A stretch of DNA of 64,000 nt, from the NCBI GenBank assembly GCA_963834385.1, contig CAWIBO010000002.1, forward strand, positions 64,001-128,000, written 5' to 3'. The notes beneath the pieces were generated by a model. That model was not told where the DNA came from. It was given only the letters and a program-made list of their open reading frames with translations, and did not search any database. The position numbers and the translations under genes are program-made. Shown here one piece after another: positions 1 to 12,436 of this stretch. Origin of the DNA: an uncultured Verrucomicrobiae bacterium (GTDB lineage: Bacteria > Verrucomicrobiota > Verrucomicrobiia > Chthoniobacterales > UBA10450). Within the stretch, counting starts at the first letter, position 1. Each line of letters begins with the position of its first letter.

Positions 1-469
1 CGAGATCGATCTCCTCGCCCCGACTGAAGAGCATGCGCAGACCGGTCAGGAGCAGGAAGGCGCCAAAGATGTAGAGAATCCAGTGGAACCGGTTCACCAG
101 GGCCACGCCGAGACCGATCATGGTGCCGCGCATGACCAGGGCGCCGAGGATGCCCCAGACCAGGACGCGGTGCTGGTAGCGCCGCCGCACCTGGAAATAG
201 GTGAAGATCATCACGAAAACGAAGATGTTATCGACGCTGAGCGAGTACTCGATGATGTAGCCGGTGAGGAACTCGAGGGCGGCCTTGGAGCCGTACTGGT
301 ACCAGACCAGGCCGTTGAACCCGAGGGAGAGGGTGACCCAGACGCCGGTCCAGATGGCGGCCTCGCGGGCTCCCACCACATGCGCCTTGCGGTTGAACCC
401 AAAGAGGTCAATGGCGAGCACGGTGAAGACACCGACATGGAAAAAGACCCAGAACCAGATGCTCGTCAC
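1..469 (-). CDS. TerC/Alx family integral membrane protein (3' end runs off the window)
   Basis: Manual translation from GTG at 469: MTSIWFWVFFHVGVFTVLAIDL...EFLTGYIIEYSLSVDNIFVF...YQHRVLVWGILGALVMRG, containing the TerC signature LSVDN. Not in the ORF track because it lacks a stop in the window. Confidence 0.9.
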   Translation of the reverse strand, partial: MTSIWFWVFFHVGVFTVLAIDLFGFNRKAHVVGAREAAIWTGVWVTLSLGFNGLVWYQYGSKAALEFLTGYIIEYSLSVDNIFVFVMIFTYFQVRRRYQHRVLVWGILGALVMRGTMIGLGVALVNRFHWILYIFGAFLLLTGLRMLFSRGEEIDL

Positions 470-567
470 GGGCCGTAGCGTTCCACGACGGACACCGCCG
501 CGCAAAAGATTAACGCGCGACTTTTTCCCTCGCCATCGGCCCGCTTCAACGTAGCTTTCCGGCTCGC

Positions 568-2457
568 ATGGATTCTGAACTCGCCAAGCTGGTGGAAGCG
601 GCCAAACTCACGGAGAAGGCGGCCCAGAGGATCGAGCAGCTCAAGCCGGGCTCATTCTGCCTCCACAAAAGCTGGGGCTTTGGCCGGGTGGCTGATTGGA
701 ACCTTCTCCTGAACCAGCTCGTGATCGATTTTCAGTCCAAGAAGGCGCACCCCATGCAGCTGGCCTACGCGGCCGAGCATGTCACCCCCATTCCCCCCGG
801 GCATTTCCTCGCGCGCAAGGCGGACGATCTCGCGGCCATCAAGGCCGAGGTGAAAAGCGATCCTGCCGGCGTCGTCCGCAACATCCTGGAAGGCATGGGC
901 GGCCGGGCCACCGTGACCCAGATCAGCGAGGTCCTGGTCGGCGATGTCTTTACCGAGCCGGAATGGAAACGGTGGTGGGACTCGACCAAAAAACAGCTTA
1001 AGAGCACCGGTCTTTTCACCGTGCCGACGAAAAAGACCGAGCCGGTCCAGCTCCGGGGCGAAGCGGTCGCCCACGCGGACGAGCTGATCCAGGCGTTCAC
1101 CGAGGCGCGCCAGCCGAAAGACCAGGCCACCGCCCTCGACCAGATCATCAAATTTCACCACGATTTCAAGGAACCGGAAGCGCAGTTGCAGCCCCTGATC
1201 GGGATGCTGGAAGAGTCGGCGGCCAAAAACCAGAAACTGCACCCGGCCCTTTCCTTCGAGCTGATCATCGGGCGGGACGATCTCCTGGCGCGCGCGTCGA
1301 AGCTGCGCCCGACCCGGCCGGAACTCACCCTGGCCAGACTGATCCTGGAGGAGGAGCCGCGGCTCGCCCTGATTTTGCCCAAGATGCCGGCCGGCAAGGA
1401 ACGCCGCGTCATCCAGGCTTTTCCCGCCGCCCTGGGCGACCGCTGGAAAGAGCGCGCGCTCAAGCTCATGCACGAGAACCAGCCGCGCCTGGTCTCGGCG
1501 GTGACCAGAGTGTTTGCCGAGACCGGTTGCCTGGCTGATTTGCATACCGCCTTCGAACGCAGCCTCCGGGAACGCTCGGCCACGAGCGAGATGCTGGCCT
1601 GGCTGATCAAGGAACGGGACGAAAAAGTGGTGAACCTGATCAATCCCGAGCTGCTCGTGGCCATCCTCGCGGCCATCGAACGCGACCAGCACAACGAAAG
1701 CCGGGGCAACCGCCTGCGCGATCTCCTGCTCGACGACAAACAGCTCGTGCCCGACATGTTTCGCGACGTGGAGCCGGAAGCCGCGCGGGATTCCATGCGG
1801 CGCCTGCAGCTCACCCCGGTCTTTGACGATCTGACCAAGCGTTCGCTCATGGCCCGGATCATCAAACTGTATCCGGAGATGGAGAGCCTGGTCTCGGGCG
1901 ACACACGGGAAGAGAAGGTCGAGGCGCTGATCGTATCCTGGAGCAGCCTGGACAAGCGCAAGACCGAGTACGAGGACCTGGTAAACAAGAAGATCCCGGA
2001 GAACACCAAGGAGATCGCCCTCGCCCGGTCGTATGGGGATCTGCGCGAGAATTTCGAGTTCAAGGCCGCCAAGGAAATGCAGGCCGTCCTGATGCGGCGC
2101 AAGACCGAGCTGGAGCAGATGCTGCACAGCGCCCGCGGCACCGGTTTTGAAAACCCCGATACCTCGCAGGTTTCCATCGGCACGATCGTGAGCCTGCGCG
2201 AGGAAAAATCGGGGCAGGAAGAAACCTACACAGTCCTGGGCGCCTGGGATGGCGACCCGGACCGTCATATTATTTCCTACAAGACGGTGATCGGGCAGGC
2301 GTTGCTGGGCCATCGTGCCGGGGAAGTGGTCGAGTTGAACACCGACCATGGCACCGGCCGCTTCACCATCCGCTCAATCGAGGCGGCGCCGCCCGACGAG
2401 GCACCGGCGGCGGAGATGGAATCAGTGGCTCTCGGCGAAGCCGCGGCCACGCGTTGA
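568..2457 (+). CDS. greA: GreA/GreB transcription elongation factor with long N-terminal extension
   Basis: C-terminal [22 protein letters not shown] coiled-coil motif, VSIGTIV and [13 protein letters not shown]; about 450 aa N-terminal extension. Confidence 0.9.
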   Translation: MDSELAKLVEAAKLTEKAAQRIEQLKPGSFCLHKSWGFGRVADWNLLLNQLVIDFQSKKAHPMQLAYAAEHVTPIPPGHFLARKADDLAAIKAEVKSDPAGVVRNILEGMGGRATVTQISEVLVGDVFTEPEWKRWWDSTKKQLKSTGLFTVPTKKTEPVQLRGEAVAHADELIQAFTEARQPKDQATALDQIIKFHHDFKEPEAQLQPLIGMLEESAAKNQKLHPALSFELIIGRDDLLARASKLRPTRPELTLARLILEEEPRLALILPKMPAGKERRVIQAFPAALGDRWKERALKLMHENQPRLVSAVTRVFAETGCLADLHTAFERSLRERSATSEMLAWLIKERDEKVVNLINPELLVAILAAIERDQHNESRGNRLRDLLLDDKQLVPDMFRDVEPEAARDSMRRLQLTPVFDDLTKRSLMARIIKLYPEMESLVSGDTREEKVEALIVSWSSLDKRKTEYEDLVNKKIPENTKEIALARSYGDLRENFEFKAAKEMQAVLMRRKTELEQMLHSARGTGFENPDTSQVSIGTIVSLREEKSGQEETYTVLGAWDGDPDRHIISYKTVIGQALLGHRAGEVVELNTDHGTGRFTIRSIEAAPPDEAPAAEMESVALGEAAATR

Positions 2458-2546
2458 CGGACGGAGCCCGGCGAAATGGGCTTGCGGGCGGGGAGCGTCC
2501 CCCCGGATACTGGCCCGGCGGACAAGCGTGCCGCATTCCTCCCTTT

Positions 2547-4055
2547 ATGACCGACCCCATCCAACTGGCGCACGCTGATCATCCTCTTTTTCTGCTTCCC
2601 GGAATGGCCAACCGCCACGGCCTCGTCGCCGGGGCCACCGGCACGGGCAAGACGGTCACGCTGCAAACCATGGCCGAAGGTTTCAGTGAGCGAGGCATCC
2701 CGGTTTTCATGGCCGATGTCAAAGGCGATCTCGCTGGGATGAGCCGGCCCGGGGGGACGCACCCGAAGCTGGTGGAGCGCGCCAAGGAACTGGGCCTGAA
2801 GAACTATGCGGGGACGGCGTTCCCGGTCGTTTTTTGGGACATCTTCGGCGAACAGGGGCATCCGGTGCGCGCGACCGTTTCCGAGATGGGGCCGCTCCTG
2901 CTCGGGCGCCTGCTCGACCTGAACGAAACGCAGTCCGGGGTCCTGCATATCGTTTTCAAGGTGGCGGACGACAACGGGCTGCTCCTGCTCGATTTGAAAG
3001 ACCTGCGCTCCATGCTCCAGCATGTGGCGGAGAACGCCGGGGAGTTCAAAACCGAGTACGGGAATGTCTCGGCCGCCAGCGCGGGCGCCATCCAGCGCAG
3101 CCTGCTCGCCCTCGAGTCGCAGGGGGCGGAAAAGTTTTTTGGCGAGCCGGCCTTGAACCTTGATGACCTGATCCAGACGGCGGAGGGCGGCCGCGGGGTG
3201 ATCAATATCCTGGCGGCGGACAGGCTGATGCAGCAGTCGCCCAAGGTCTACTCGACTTTTCTTCTCTGGCTGCTTTCCGAGTTGTTCGAGAATCTCCCGG
3301 AAGTGGGCGACCCGGAGAAGCCCAGGCTCGTGTTCTTTTTCGACGAGGCCCACCTCCTTTTTTCCGACATCGAAGGGCATGTGCGCGAGAAGGTGGAACA
3401 GATGGTCCGGCTCATTCGATCGAAAGGGGTTGGCGTTTATTTCGTGAGCCAGAATCCGCTCGATATCCCGGATGTCGTCCTCGGGCAGCTTGGGAACAGG
3501 GTGCAGCACGCGCTGCGCGCCTTTACTCCGCGCGACCAGAAGGCGGTCAAGGCGGCTGCGGAAACGTTTCGCCAGAATGAGAAACTCGATGTCACGGCCG
3601 TCCTGACCGAATTGAAGGTGGGCGAGGCGCTTGTCTCGCTGCTCGACGAACAGGGGGCGCCGCGGGTGGTTGAGCGTGCCAAAATCCTCCCGCCGCGGAG
3701 CCAGCTTGGCGCGATTACTCCGGAACAGCGGCAGCAGACCATGCAATCCTCCGTTTTACAGGGGCACTACGAGAAATCCGTCGACCGCGAGTCCGCCTAC
3801 GAAAAGCTGAAGGCCAGCGCGGAAGCGAAGACCGCGGCCGCGGGCGAGAGTGCCGCGGCGCCGCCGCAAGGCGGAGGCGGGTCCACCCTTGGGAAACTTT
3901 TCGCACCGGAGATCGGGCCGCGCGGCGGACGTCGCGACAGCATGGCCACGAGCATCGTCAAAAGCGTGGTCCGTTCCACCGGGACCCAGATTGGTCGCGA
4001 GATTATGCGCGGTCTGATGGGCGGCCTGCTCGGTCGCGGTTCCCGCCGCCGGTAG
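2547..4055 (+). CDS. HerA-like P-loop ATPase (DUF853/YjgR family)
   Basis: [15 protein letters not shown]alker [11 protein letters not shown]alker [13 protein letters not shown]; start moved to the ATG at 2547. Confidence 0.9.
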   Translation: MTDPIQLAHADHPLFLLPGMANRHGLVAGATGTGKTVTLQTMAEGFSERGIPVFMADVKGDLAGMSRPGGTHPKLVERAKELGLKNYAGTAFPVVFWDIFGEQGHPVRATVSEMGPLLLGRLLDLNETQSGVLHIVFKVADDNGLLLLDLKDLRSMLQHVAENAGEFKTEYGNVSAASAGAIQRSLLALESQGAEKFFGEPALNLDDLIQTAEGGRGVINILAADRLMQQSPKVYSTFLLWLLSELFENLPEVGDPEKPRLVFFFDEAHLLFSDIEGHVREKVEQMVRLIRSKGVGVYFVSQNPLDIPDVVLGQLGNRVQHALRAFTPRDQKAVKAAAETFRQNEKLDVTAVLTELKVGEALVSLLDEQGAPRVVERAKILPPRSQLGAITPEQRQQTMQSSVLQGHYEKSVDRESAYEKLKASAEAKTAAAGESAAAPPQGGGGSTLGKLFAPEIGPRGGRRDSMATSIVKSVVRSTGTQIGREIMRGLMGGLLGRGSRRR

Positions 4056-4058
4056 CAA

Positions 4059-4088
4059 CGGTAGGGCGAGACTCCGTCGAGCCTGGGA
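4059..4088 (+). repeat. GTAG-tagged REP-like palindrome (single copy here)
   Basis: CGGTAGGGCGAGACTCCGTCGAGCCTGG, identical to the copies at 60072, 60267 and 60476. Confidence 0.85.
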
Positions 4089-4118
4089 GCAGGGGTGGTC
4101 TCGCCGCACGTTTTTCGC

Positions 4119-4353
4119 GAGGTCCCTCGCTGGCGCTCGGGATGACGGGAGGCTTGCAGGAAACGCAGTTAAGTGCGCGACGCGAAATCCCGTGTCATCC
4201 CGAGCCGCGCAGACGGCGAGGGACCCCACATAGAAAGGACAGGCTTCGCTCCCGCGGGAGAGGTCGCCCGCGTGTTTCCCCCATGTTTTGACGCTTCGAG
4301 AGTAGCCTCGCCGCACGTTGTTCGCGAGGTCCCTCGCTGGCGCTCGGGATGAC
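4119..4353. repeat. (C/T)GTC-tagged REP cluster: one solo reverse unit plus a 160-bp inverted pair
   Basis: Reverse unit 4119-4146, forward unit GTCATCCCGAGCCGCGCAGACGGCGAGGGACCCCAC at 4194, reverse unit 4326-4353. Confidence 0.9.
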
Positions 4354-4373
4354 GGAGCGCGCGGAATCGTCCT

Positions 4374-4559
4374 CTACGGCACGATCGGACCGGTGAACAG
4401 CGCCACCATCGTCCAGCCCACATAGAGCACGATGGCAGCCGCAACCACGGTCAAAACCAGACGAAGGAAAACCGGCATCTGTTTGCGCCGTCGCACCACC
4501 ACGAGGAAGGCGAGAGCGGTCAGTCCGGCAAGAAACCAAAAGATCAGGGCGGTGGTCAT
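4374..4559 (-). CDS. small hypothetical membrane protein (two predicted TM segments)
   Basis: 61 aa with two hydrophobic stretches separated by RRRKQ; fills the gap between the repeats and ferritin. Confidence 0.55.
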   Translation of the reverse strand: MTTALIFWFLAGLTALAFLVVVRRRKQMPVFLRLVLTVVAAAIVLYVGWTMVALFTGPIVP

Positions 4560-4651
4560 GGGATATCAGGGAGGCGCCATTCTACACCGGGCCGGGAAAC
4601 TGTCGCCTGCGAAACGGGCGGAGCCGGGGTGGGCGGCGGCAACGGTGCCCG

Positions 4652-5164
4652 CTAATCGGAGGCCGGGGCGGGCACGGTCCGGATCCCGACGCGGCCGACA
4701 TAGTCGTCGGCCTGGAGAAGGTCGTTCCCGGCACGCTGCACGATCTTGAGCAGGGTATCCATGGAGGAGACTTCCTCGAGTTGCTCGGCCAGGAACCACT
4801 GCAGAAAATTGATGGTGATGTAGTCGTCCTCCTTGCGAGCCAGCGCGACGAGGGCGTTGATCTGATGGGTGACCTTGACCTCCTGGTCGAGCGAGAGCTG
4901 GATGGCGGCCTCGGGATCCTTGAATTTCGACTTGGGGGCCTCGAGAGCGGGGATGGATACGCGTCCGCCGGCATCCACGACATATTTCATGAAGCGCAGG
5001 GCGTGGTCCTTTTCCTCCTCGGCCTGCTTGAAGAAATGGGCGGAGAGCTGGGGGAGAGCCTCGGCCGCGAAATGGGCGGCGATGGCATAATACTGGAGGG
5101 AGGCGCTGAACTCGTAACCGATCTGTTCGTTGATGGCGTTGACGACCTTTTTTCCGATGAGCAT
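4652..5164 (-). CDS. ftnA: non-heme ferritin
   Basis: INEQIGYEFSASLQY, QAEEEKDHA, FLQWFLAEQLEE ferroxidase motifs; start at ATG 5164 (the ORF-track extension overlaps the 5S rRNA). Confidence 0.9.
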   Translation of the reverse strand: MLIGKKVVNAINEQIGYEFSASLQYYAIAAHFAAEALPQLSAHFFKQAEEEKDHALRFMKYVVDAGGRVSIPALEAPKSKFKDPEAAIQLSLDQEVKVTHQINALVALARKEDDYITINFLQWFLAEQLEEVSSMDTLLKIVQRAGNDLLQADDYVGRVGIRTVPAPASD

Positions 5165-5243
5165 GGGGTGGGGATCCTTTCCCCGGGTACTTACGGCAGG
5201 GCGGGGAGGGGATAAAGGCGAAAGTGCCGTTGGGGGGTGAAGG

Positions 5244-5279
5244 CAAAAGGCCCGGTGAGAAATCTCACCGGGCCTTTTG
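5244..5279 (-). terminator. intrinsic terminator of the rRNA operon (symmetric, could act bidirectionally)
   Basis: CAAAAGGCCCGGTGAG-AAAT-CTCACCGGGCCTTTTG perfect hairpin directly after the 5S gene. Confidence 0.85.
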
Positions 5280-5280
5280 T

Positions 5281-5395
5281 TCTGGCGACGTCCTACTCTC
5301 GCACAACCTATCGTCGCACTACCATCGGGGCTGCAGCGTTTCACTTCCGTGTTCGGAATGGGAACGGGTGGGGCCACTGCGCTATGGTCACCAGA
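5281..5395 (-). rRNA. rrf: 5S rRNA
   Basis: Reverse complement TCTGGTGACCATAGC...CCCATTCCGAACACGGAAGTGAAAC...GATGGTAGT...GAGAGTAGG...CGCCAGA with paired termini. Confidence 0.97.
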
Positions 5396-5582
5396 GGGCG
5401 GAGCCGCGCGGGGGCGCGAGGCCGAATCTCTGGCGACCGACTGAGAAAGAACCTGACTGGTTCTCTGATATCTACATACAGGAAGTGTTCCGCACAATTG
5501 GAAGGCTTCGTTTTATTTTCAAGTCATTCCCCTCTGTTGGCCGCTGCATCCTTGCGGACGCAGCGGGTTAACAGAAAAGTAA

Positions 5583-8444
<2,862 letters not shown>

Positions 8445-8575
8445 ATCTGTTCCGGTCCCGGCTTTCGCCAGAACCAGAGATTTTTTATGATAACTGAAAC
8501 TCTCACGGGCCAGGGATCTTACCCCCCGGCCGTTTATTTCAGACTCAGCTCTTCAAAGTTGTACTTACTTACTAC

Positions 8576-8600
8576 CCTGTATGTAGATATCAAAGAACCA
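8576..8600 (-). promoter_or_regulatory. 5' arm of the 23S precursor processing stem, with boxA-like sequence
   Basis: Transcript-strand TGGTTCTTTGATATCTACATACAGG is complementary (one G-U) to the 23S-5S spacer segment at about 5458-5482. Confidence 0.75.
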
Positions 8601-8940
8601 GCGGTCCCAGCACCATTTCAGCCCACAAAAAAACCCAACCCTGTCTTCCGACTCAAAAACGTTTCCGTTCAACAGCCGGGACAAAATTGAGTTCCAATTT
8701 GCAGTCCCAAAATGTGCAAGAACCACCCCGGCTTTGCCGAGGCCCGCTTTCGGCGGGACGAAGAAAATAACCCGCCCCGCCTTTCCGTCAACGCCGGAAA
8801 TGAAGATTTTTCGAAAAATCTCTCCCGGCCGAAGCCTCCGGGAGGAAGCACTTTAGGTTGCCCCCCTCCCCGAACAAGCCCGGCCACCCCAAAAAAAGTT
8901 AAGAGGACTGCCCAGGCCGCCGGCGCCGTATTCCCTCTGT

Positions 8941-9801
8941 ATGGGACGGAAGAAAAAGCAGCGCCCCCGCCAGGAGCAATCGCAGCAGCCCGGTCGCGAA
9001 CACCTCATGAAGCCTCGGCCCAGGGCCGATGACCCCGGCTATCGCGGCAGCGGCAAGTTAAAGGACAAGGTCGCGCTGATCACCGGCGGCGACAGCGGCA
9101 TCGGCCGCGCCGTGGCCCTCTTTTTCGCCCGGGAAGGGGCCGACATCTCCATCGTCTACCTGGAGGAGAAAAAGGACGCGAAGGAGACCCGGCGCCTGGT
9201 GGAAAAGGAGGGACGCCGCTGCCTCCTCCTCGCCGGCGACATCGGCAGCGAAAAGTTCTGCCGGCGAGCGGTCGAGCGGACGGTTTCCCGGCTGGGCGGA
9301 CTCAATATCCTGGTGAACAACGCCGCCGAGCAGCACCCGAAGGAGAGCATCGAGGAAATCAGCGCCAAACAGCTCGAGCGAACCTTTCGCACCAACCTCT
9401 TTTCCTTCTTTTACCTGACCAAGGCGGCCCTGCCGCACCTCGGGAAAGGCGACTCGGTGATCAACACCACCTCGGTCACGGCCTACAAAGGGAGCGACCA
9501 TCTGCTCGATTATTCCTCGACCAAGGGCGCCATCGTCGCCTTCACCCGCTCCTTCTCCCAGGCCGTGGTCGACCGCGGCATCCGGGTCAACGGGGTGGCC
9601 CCGGGCCCGATCTGGACCCCGCTCATCCCCTCCACCTTCCCGGGCGAACGCGTGGAGACATTCGGCTCCGACGTGCCGATGAAGCGGGCCGGGCAGCCCG
9701 AGGAGATTGCGCCCTGCTACGTTTTCCTGGCCTCGGACGACAGTTCCTACATGACCGGGCAGATTCTTCATCCGAACGGCGGCACGATCGTGAACGGCTG
9801 A
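8941..9801 (+). CDS. SDR family oxidoreductase (YhxC/YghA general stress type)
   Basis: ITGGDSGIGRA, NNAAEQ, YSSTKGA catalytic YxxxK, NGVAPGPIWTP. Confidence 0.92.
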   Translation: MGRKKKQRPRQEQSQQPGREHLMKPRPRADDPGYRGSGKLKDKVALITGGDSGIGRAVALFFAREGADISIVYLEEKKDAKETRRLVEKEGRRCLLLAGDIGSEKFCRRAVERTVSRLGGLNILVNNAAEQHPKESIEEISAKQLERTFRTNLFSFFYLTKAALPHLGKGDSVINTTSVTAYKGSDHLLDYSSTKGAIVAFTRSFSQAVVDRGIRVNGVAPGPIWTPLIPSTFPGERVETFGSDVPMKRAGQPEEIAPCYVFLASDDSSYMTGQILHPNGGTIVNG

Positions 9802-9835
9802 CCCGGCGGACCGGAACCGCGGAAACAGGCAGGTC

Positions 9836-11785
9836 TCAGCCGAGGGGCAGACCGTCGCGGATGACGGCCGGTTTCTGACCGTTCAGCGAGAGATAGGTGT
9901 AACCCTGCAGGCCGCGCTCGTAATCGGCCAGGAGTTTCATGGCCTCGTTCGGTTTCATGCGGTCGCTCTTGATGGCCGCATCCACCTGCGCCTTGACCAG
10001 GCGGAGCAGTTCCACCTTGTCCCACTGGGTCAGGGCAAGGACATCGCCGATGGTGCTGCCCTCGATCACCTCCTCGATGTACCAGCCCGATTCCTCGTCC
10101 TCATCGAGAAAGACGTGCACCTCGTTGACGCGGCCGAAGAGGTTGTGCAGGTCGCCCATGATGTCCTGGTAGGCGCCGATCAGGAAGACGCCGAGGTAGT
10201 ACGGCTCGCCCGGGGCGATGGCGTGCAGCGGAAGCGTTTCCTTCACGTCCTGCAGGTCGATGAACTTCGAGATCTTGCCGTCGGAATCGCAGGTGATGTC
10301 GACGATGGTGGCGTTGCGGCTGGGGGGCTCGGTCAGCCGATGAATGGGCATGATCGGAAAGAGCTGTCCGAGGGCCCAGTGGTCGAGGAGCGACTGGAAG
10401 ACGGAGAAATTGCAGATGTACTGGTCCCCGAGGGCGGTCTCCAGTTCCTTCACTTCGTCCGGGACATAACGCAGTCCCTTGTGCATCCCGACGATCTGCT
10501 CCGCCAGCTGCCAGTAAACGCGGTCGATCTTGGCCTTGCTCTCCAGCTCGAGCAGGCCGAGCTCGAACATCTGTTGTGATTCCTCCCGGATTTGCTGCGC
10601 GTCGTGCAGCATTTCGCGGCGGTTATTGCGCCGCAGCTTGGCCTGCACCTCCATGATGTCGCCTACGAGTTTGTGGTCGGCCTCGGCCGGCTCCACTTTA
10701 TCCTTGAGCACTTTCTCGATGGAGCCAAAGGCCTCGACCACCAGCACCGAGTGGTGGGCCACGATGGCGCGTCCGCTTTCGCTGATGATGACGGGGTGGG
10801 GCACCTTCTCGGAGTCGCAGACGTCGGCAATGTTCCAGACGACGTCGCTGGCGTATTCCTGGAGGGAGTAGTTGGTGGAGCAGTCGAAGGTGGTGCGCGA
10901 ACCGTCGTAATCGACCCCGAGACCGCCGCCGACGTCGAGATAACCGAGCTCGTGTCCCATCTTCACCAGCTTGGCGTAGTAACGGGCGGCCTCGCGCACG
11001 GCGCGCTTGATCGTGGAAATGTCGGGCACCTGCGAGCCGACGTGGAAGTGGACCAGCTTGAGACAATGGGCGTAGCCCTCGCGCTTGAGCATCTCGCTCG
11101 CGGCCACCAGGCTGGCGGTGTCGAGGCCGAACTTCGCGTTCTCGCCGCCGCTGAGCGACCATTTCCCGTCGCCCTTGGTTTGCAGACGGACGCGGATGCC
11201 GATGTAGGGCTCGACTCCGGTTTCGCGGCCGATGCGGATGCACTGCTCAAGTTCCTCGAGCTTTTCCACCACGATGATGACCGACTTGCCGAGGCGACGG
11301 CCGAGGAGCGCGCTGCGGATGAAGGCGCCGTCCTTGTAGCCGTTGCAGACGATGAGGCTTTCCGGGTCGCGATGCATGGCGAGGGCGGCGATGAGCTCCG
11401 GTTTGCTCCCGACCTCGAGGCCGAAATGGAATTCCAGGCCGGCATCGACGATTTCCTCCACGACTTCGCGGAGCTGGTTGACCTTGATCGGGAAGACCCC
11501 GCGGTAATGGCTGCGGTACTTGAACTCGGCGATGGCCGCCTGGAAGGCCTTGTTGACCGACTGGACCCGGTGGCGGAGCAGATCCTGGAAACGGACAACG
11601 AGCGGAAAGCCGAGGCCGCGTTCGCGGGCTTCCTGCACGACCTCGAGGAGATCGATGGAACCGCCGGCCTGCTGGAGCGGACGCGCGATGACGTTGCCCT
11701 TGCGGTTGATGCTGAAGTACTCGCCACCCCAGCCTTCCACGTTGTAGGCGGCGGACGCGGCCTCAACGTCCCATTCGTTCTTCAT
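9836..11785 (-). CDS. speA: biosynthetic arginine decarboxylase
   Basis: VFPIKVNQ PLP lysine, HFHVGSQ, DVGGGLGVDYDG, ESGRA, DITCDSDG, GAYQDIMGDLHNLFG; start at ATG 11785 (or upstream at 11845). Confidence 0.95.
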   Translation of the reverse strand: MKNEWDVEAASAAYNVEGWGGEYFSINRKGNVIARPLQQAGGSIDLLEVVQEARERGLGFPLVVRFQDLLRHRVQSVNKAFQAAIAEFKYRSHYRGVFPIKVNQLREVVEEIVDAGLEFHFGLEVGSKPELIAALAMHRDPESLIVCNGYKDGAFIRSALLGRRLGKSVIIVVEKLEELEQCIRIGRETGVEPYIGIRVRLQTKGDGKWSLSGGENAKFGLDTASLVAASEMLKREGYAHCLKLVHFHVGSQVPDISTIKRAVREAARYYAKLVKMGHELGYLDVGGGLGVDYDGSRTTFDCSTNYSLQEYASDVVWNIADVCDSEKVPHPVIISESGRAIVAHHSVLVVEAFGSIEKVLKDKVEPAEADHKLVGDIMEVQAKLRRNNRREMLHDAQQIREESQQMFELGLLELESKAKIDRVYWQLAEQIVGMHKGLRYVPDEVKELETALGDQYICNFSVFQSLLDHWALGQLFPIMPIHRLTEPPSRNATIVDITCDSDGKISKFIDLQDVKETLPLHAIAPGEPYYLGVFLIGAYQDIMGDLHNLFGRVNEVHVFLDEDEESGWYIEEVIEGSTIGDVLALTQWDKVELLRLVKAQVDAAIKSDRMKPNEAMKLLADYERGLQGYTYLSLNGQKPAVIRDGLPLG

Positions 11786-11941
11786 TTCTTCGGGTGCGTG
11801 GGGTTCCAGGGTCGATGGCGCATAATCAGGCAGCGTCGCCAACATTCAAGCAGGCCTTTGCAAAAAAATCCGGGCGAGGGAGCGCGTGGGCGCGGTGGCG
11901 CCTGCTTGTGTTTCGAAATCGGGCGGGTACCGTTGCCGCGG

Positions 11942-12424
11942 ATGAACAAGACCGTGATCGAGGTTCAAGTTCGCGGAGTGCTGCCGACGACCGGCGGCTG
12001 CGCGGTCTTTATCGGCAACGCGGACAAGGTTTTTGTGATCTACGTCGACCAGACGGTCGGCGGCGCCATCACCATGTTCATGCGGGAGGTGGCCAAGGAA
12101 CGGCCGTTGACGCACGATCTCATGGCGCATCTCATGACCGCGGTGGGGGCGCACGTGGAGCGCGTCATCATCAACGATCTCAAGAACGCGACCTATTATG
12201 CGCGCATGATCATTGCCGCGGAAAACGAACTGCAGCAAAGGAAGATCATCGAGCTGGATGCGCGCCCGAGCGATTGCATCGCCATCGCGGTGCAGCAAAA
12301 GGCGCCGATCTACGTGAGCCAGGAAGTCTGGGACGAAGTGGAGGACATGAGCGACGTCCTGCGCAAGATGGAGGAGGAAGGCCTCAAGCCCGACCCGGAA
12401 GGGAGCGAGGAAGAGGAGGAGTAG
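11942..12424 (+). CDS. bifunctional nuclease family protein (DUF151)
   Basis: RPLTHDLM, YYARMII, ELDARPSDCIAIA, APIYV motifs; ATG at 11942. Confidence 0.9.
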   Translation: MNKTVIEVQVRGVLPTTGGCAVFIGNADKVFVIYVDQTVGGAITMFMREVAKERPLTHDLMAHLMTAVGAHVERVIINDLKNATYYARMIIAAENELQQRKIIELDARPSDCIAIAVQQKAPIYVSQEVWDEVEDMSDVLRKMEEEGLKPDPEGSEEEEE

Positions 12425-12436
12425 TTTCGTCTCCGC

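Noticed and set aside
8445..8940. tRNA genes or a 16S remnant in the 23S leader
   Set aside because: No T-loop GTTCGA or cloverleaf and no conserved 16S 3' end could be recognised.
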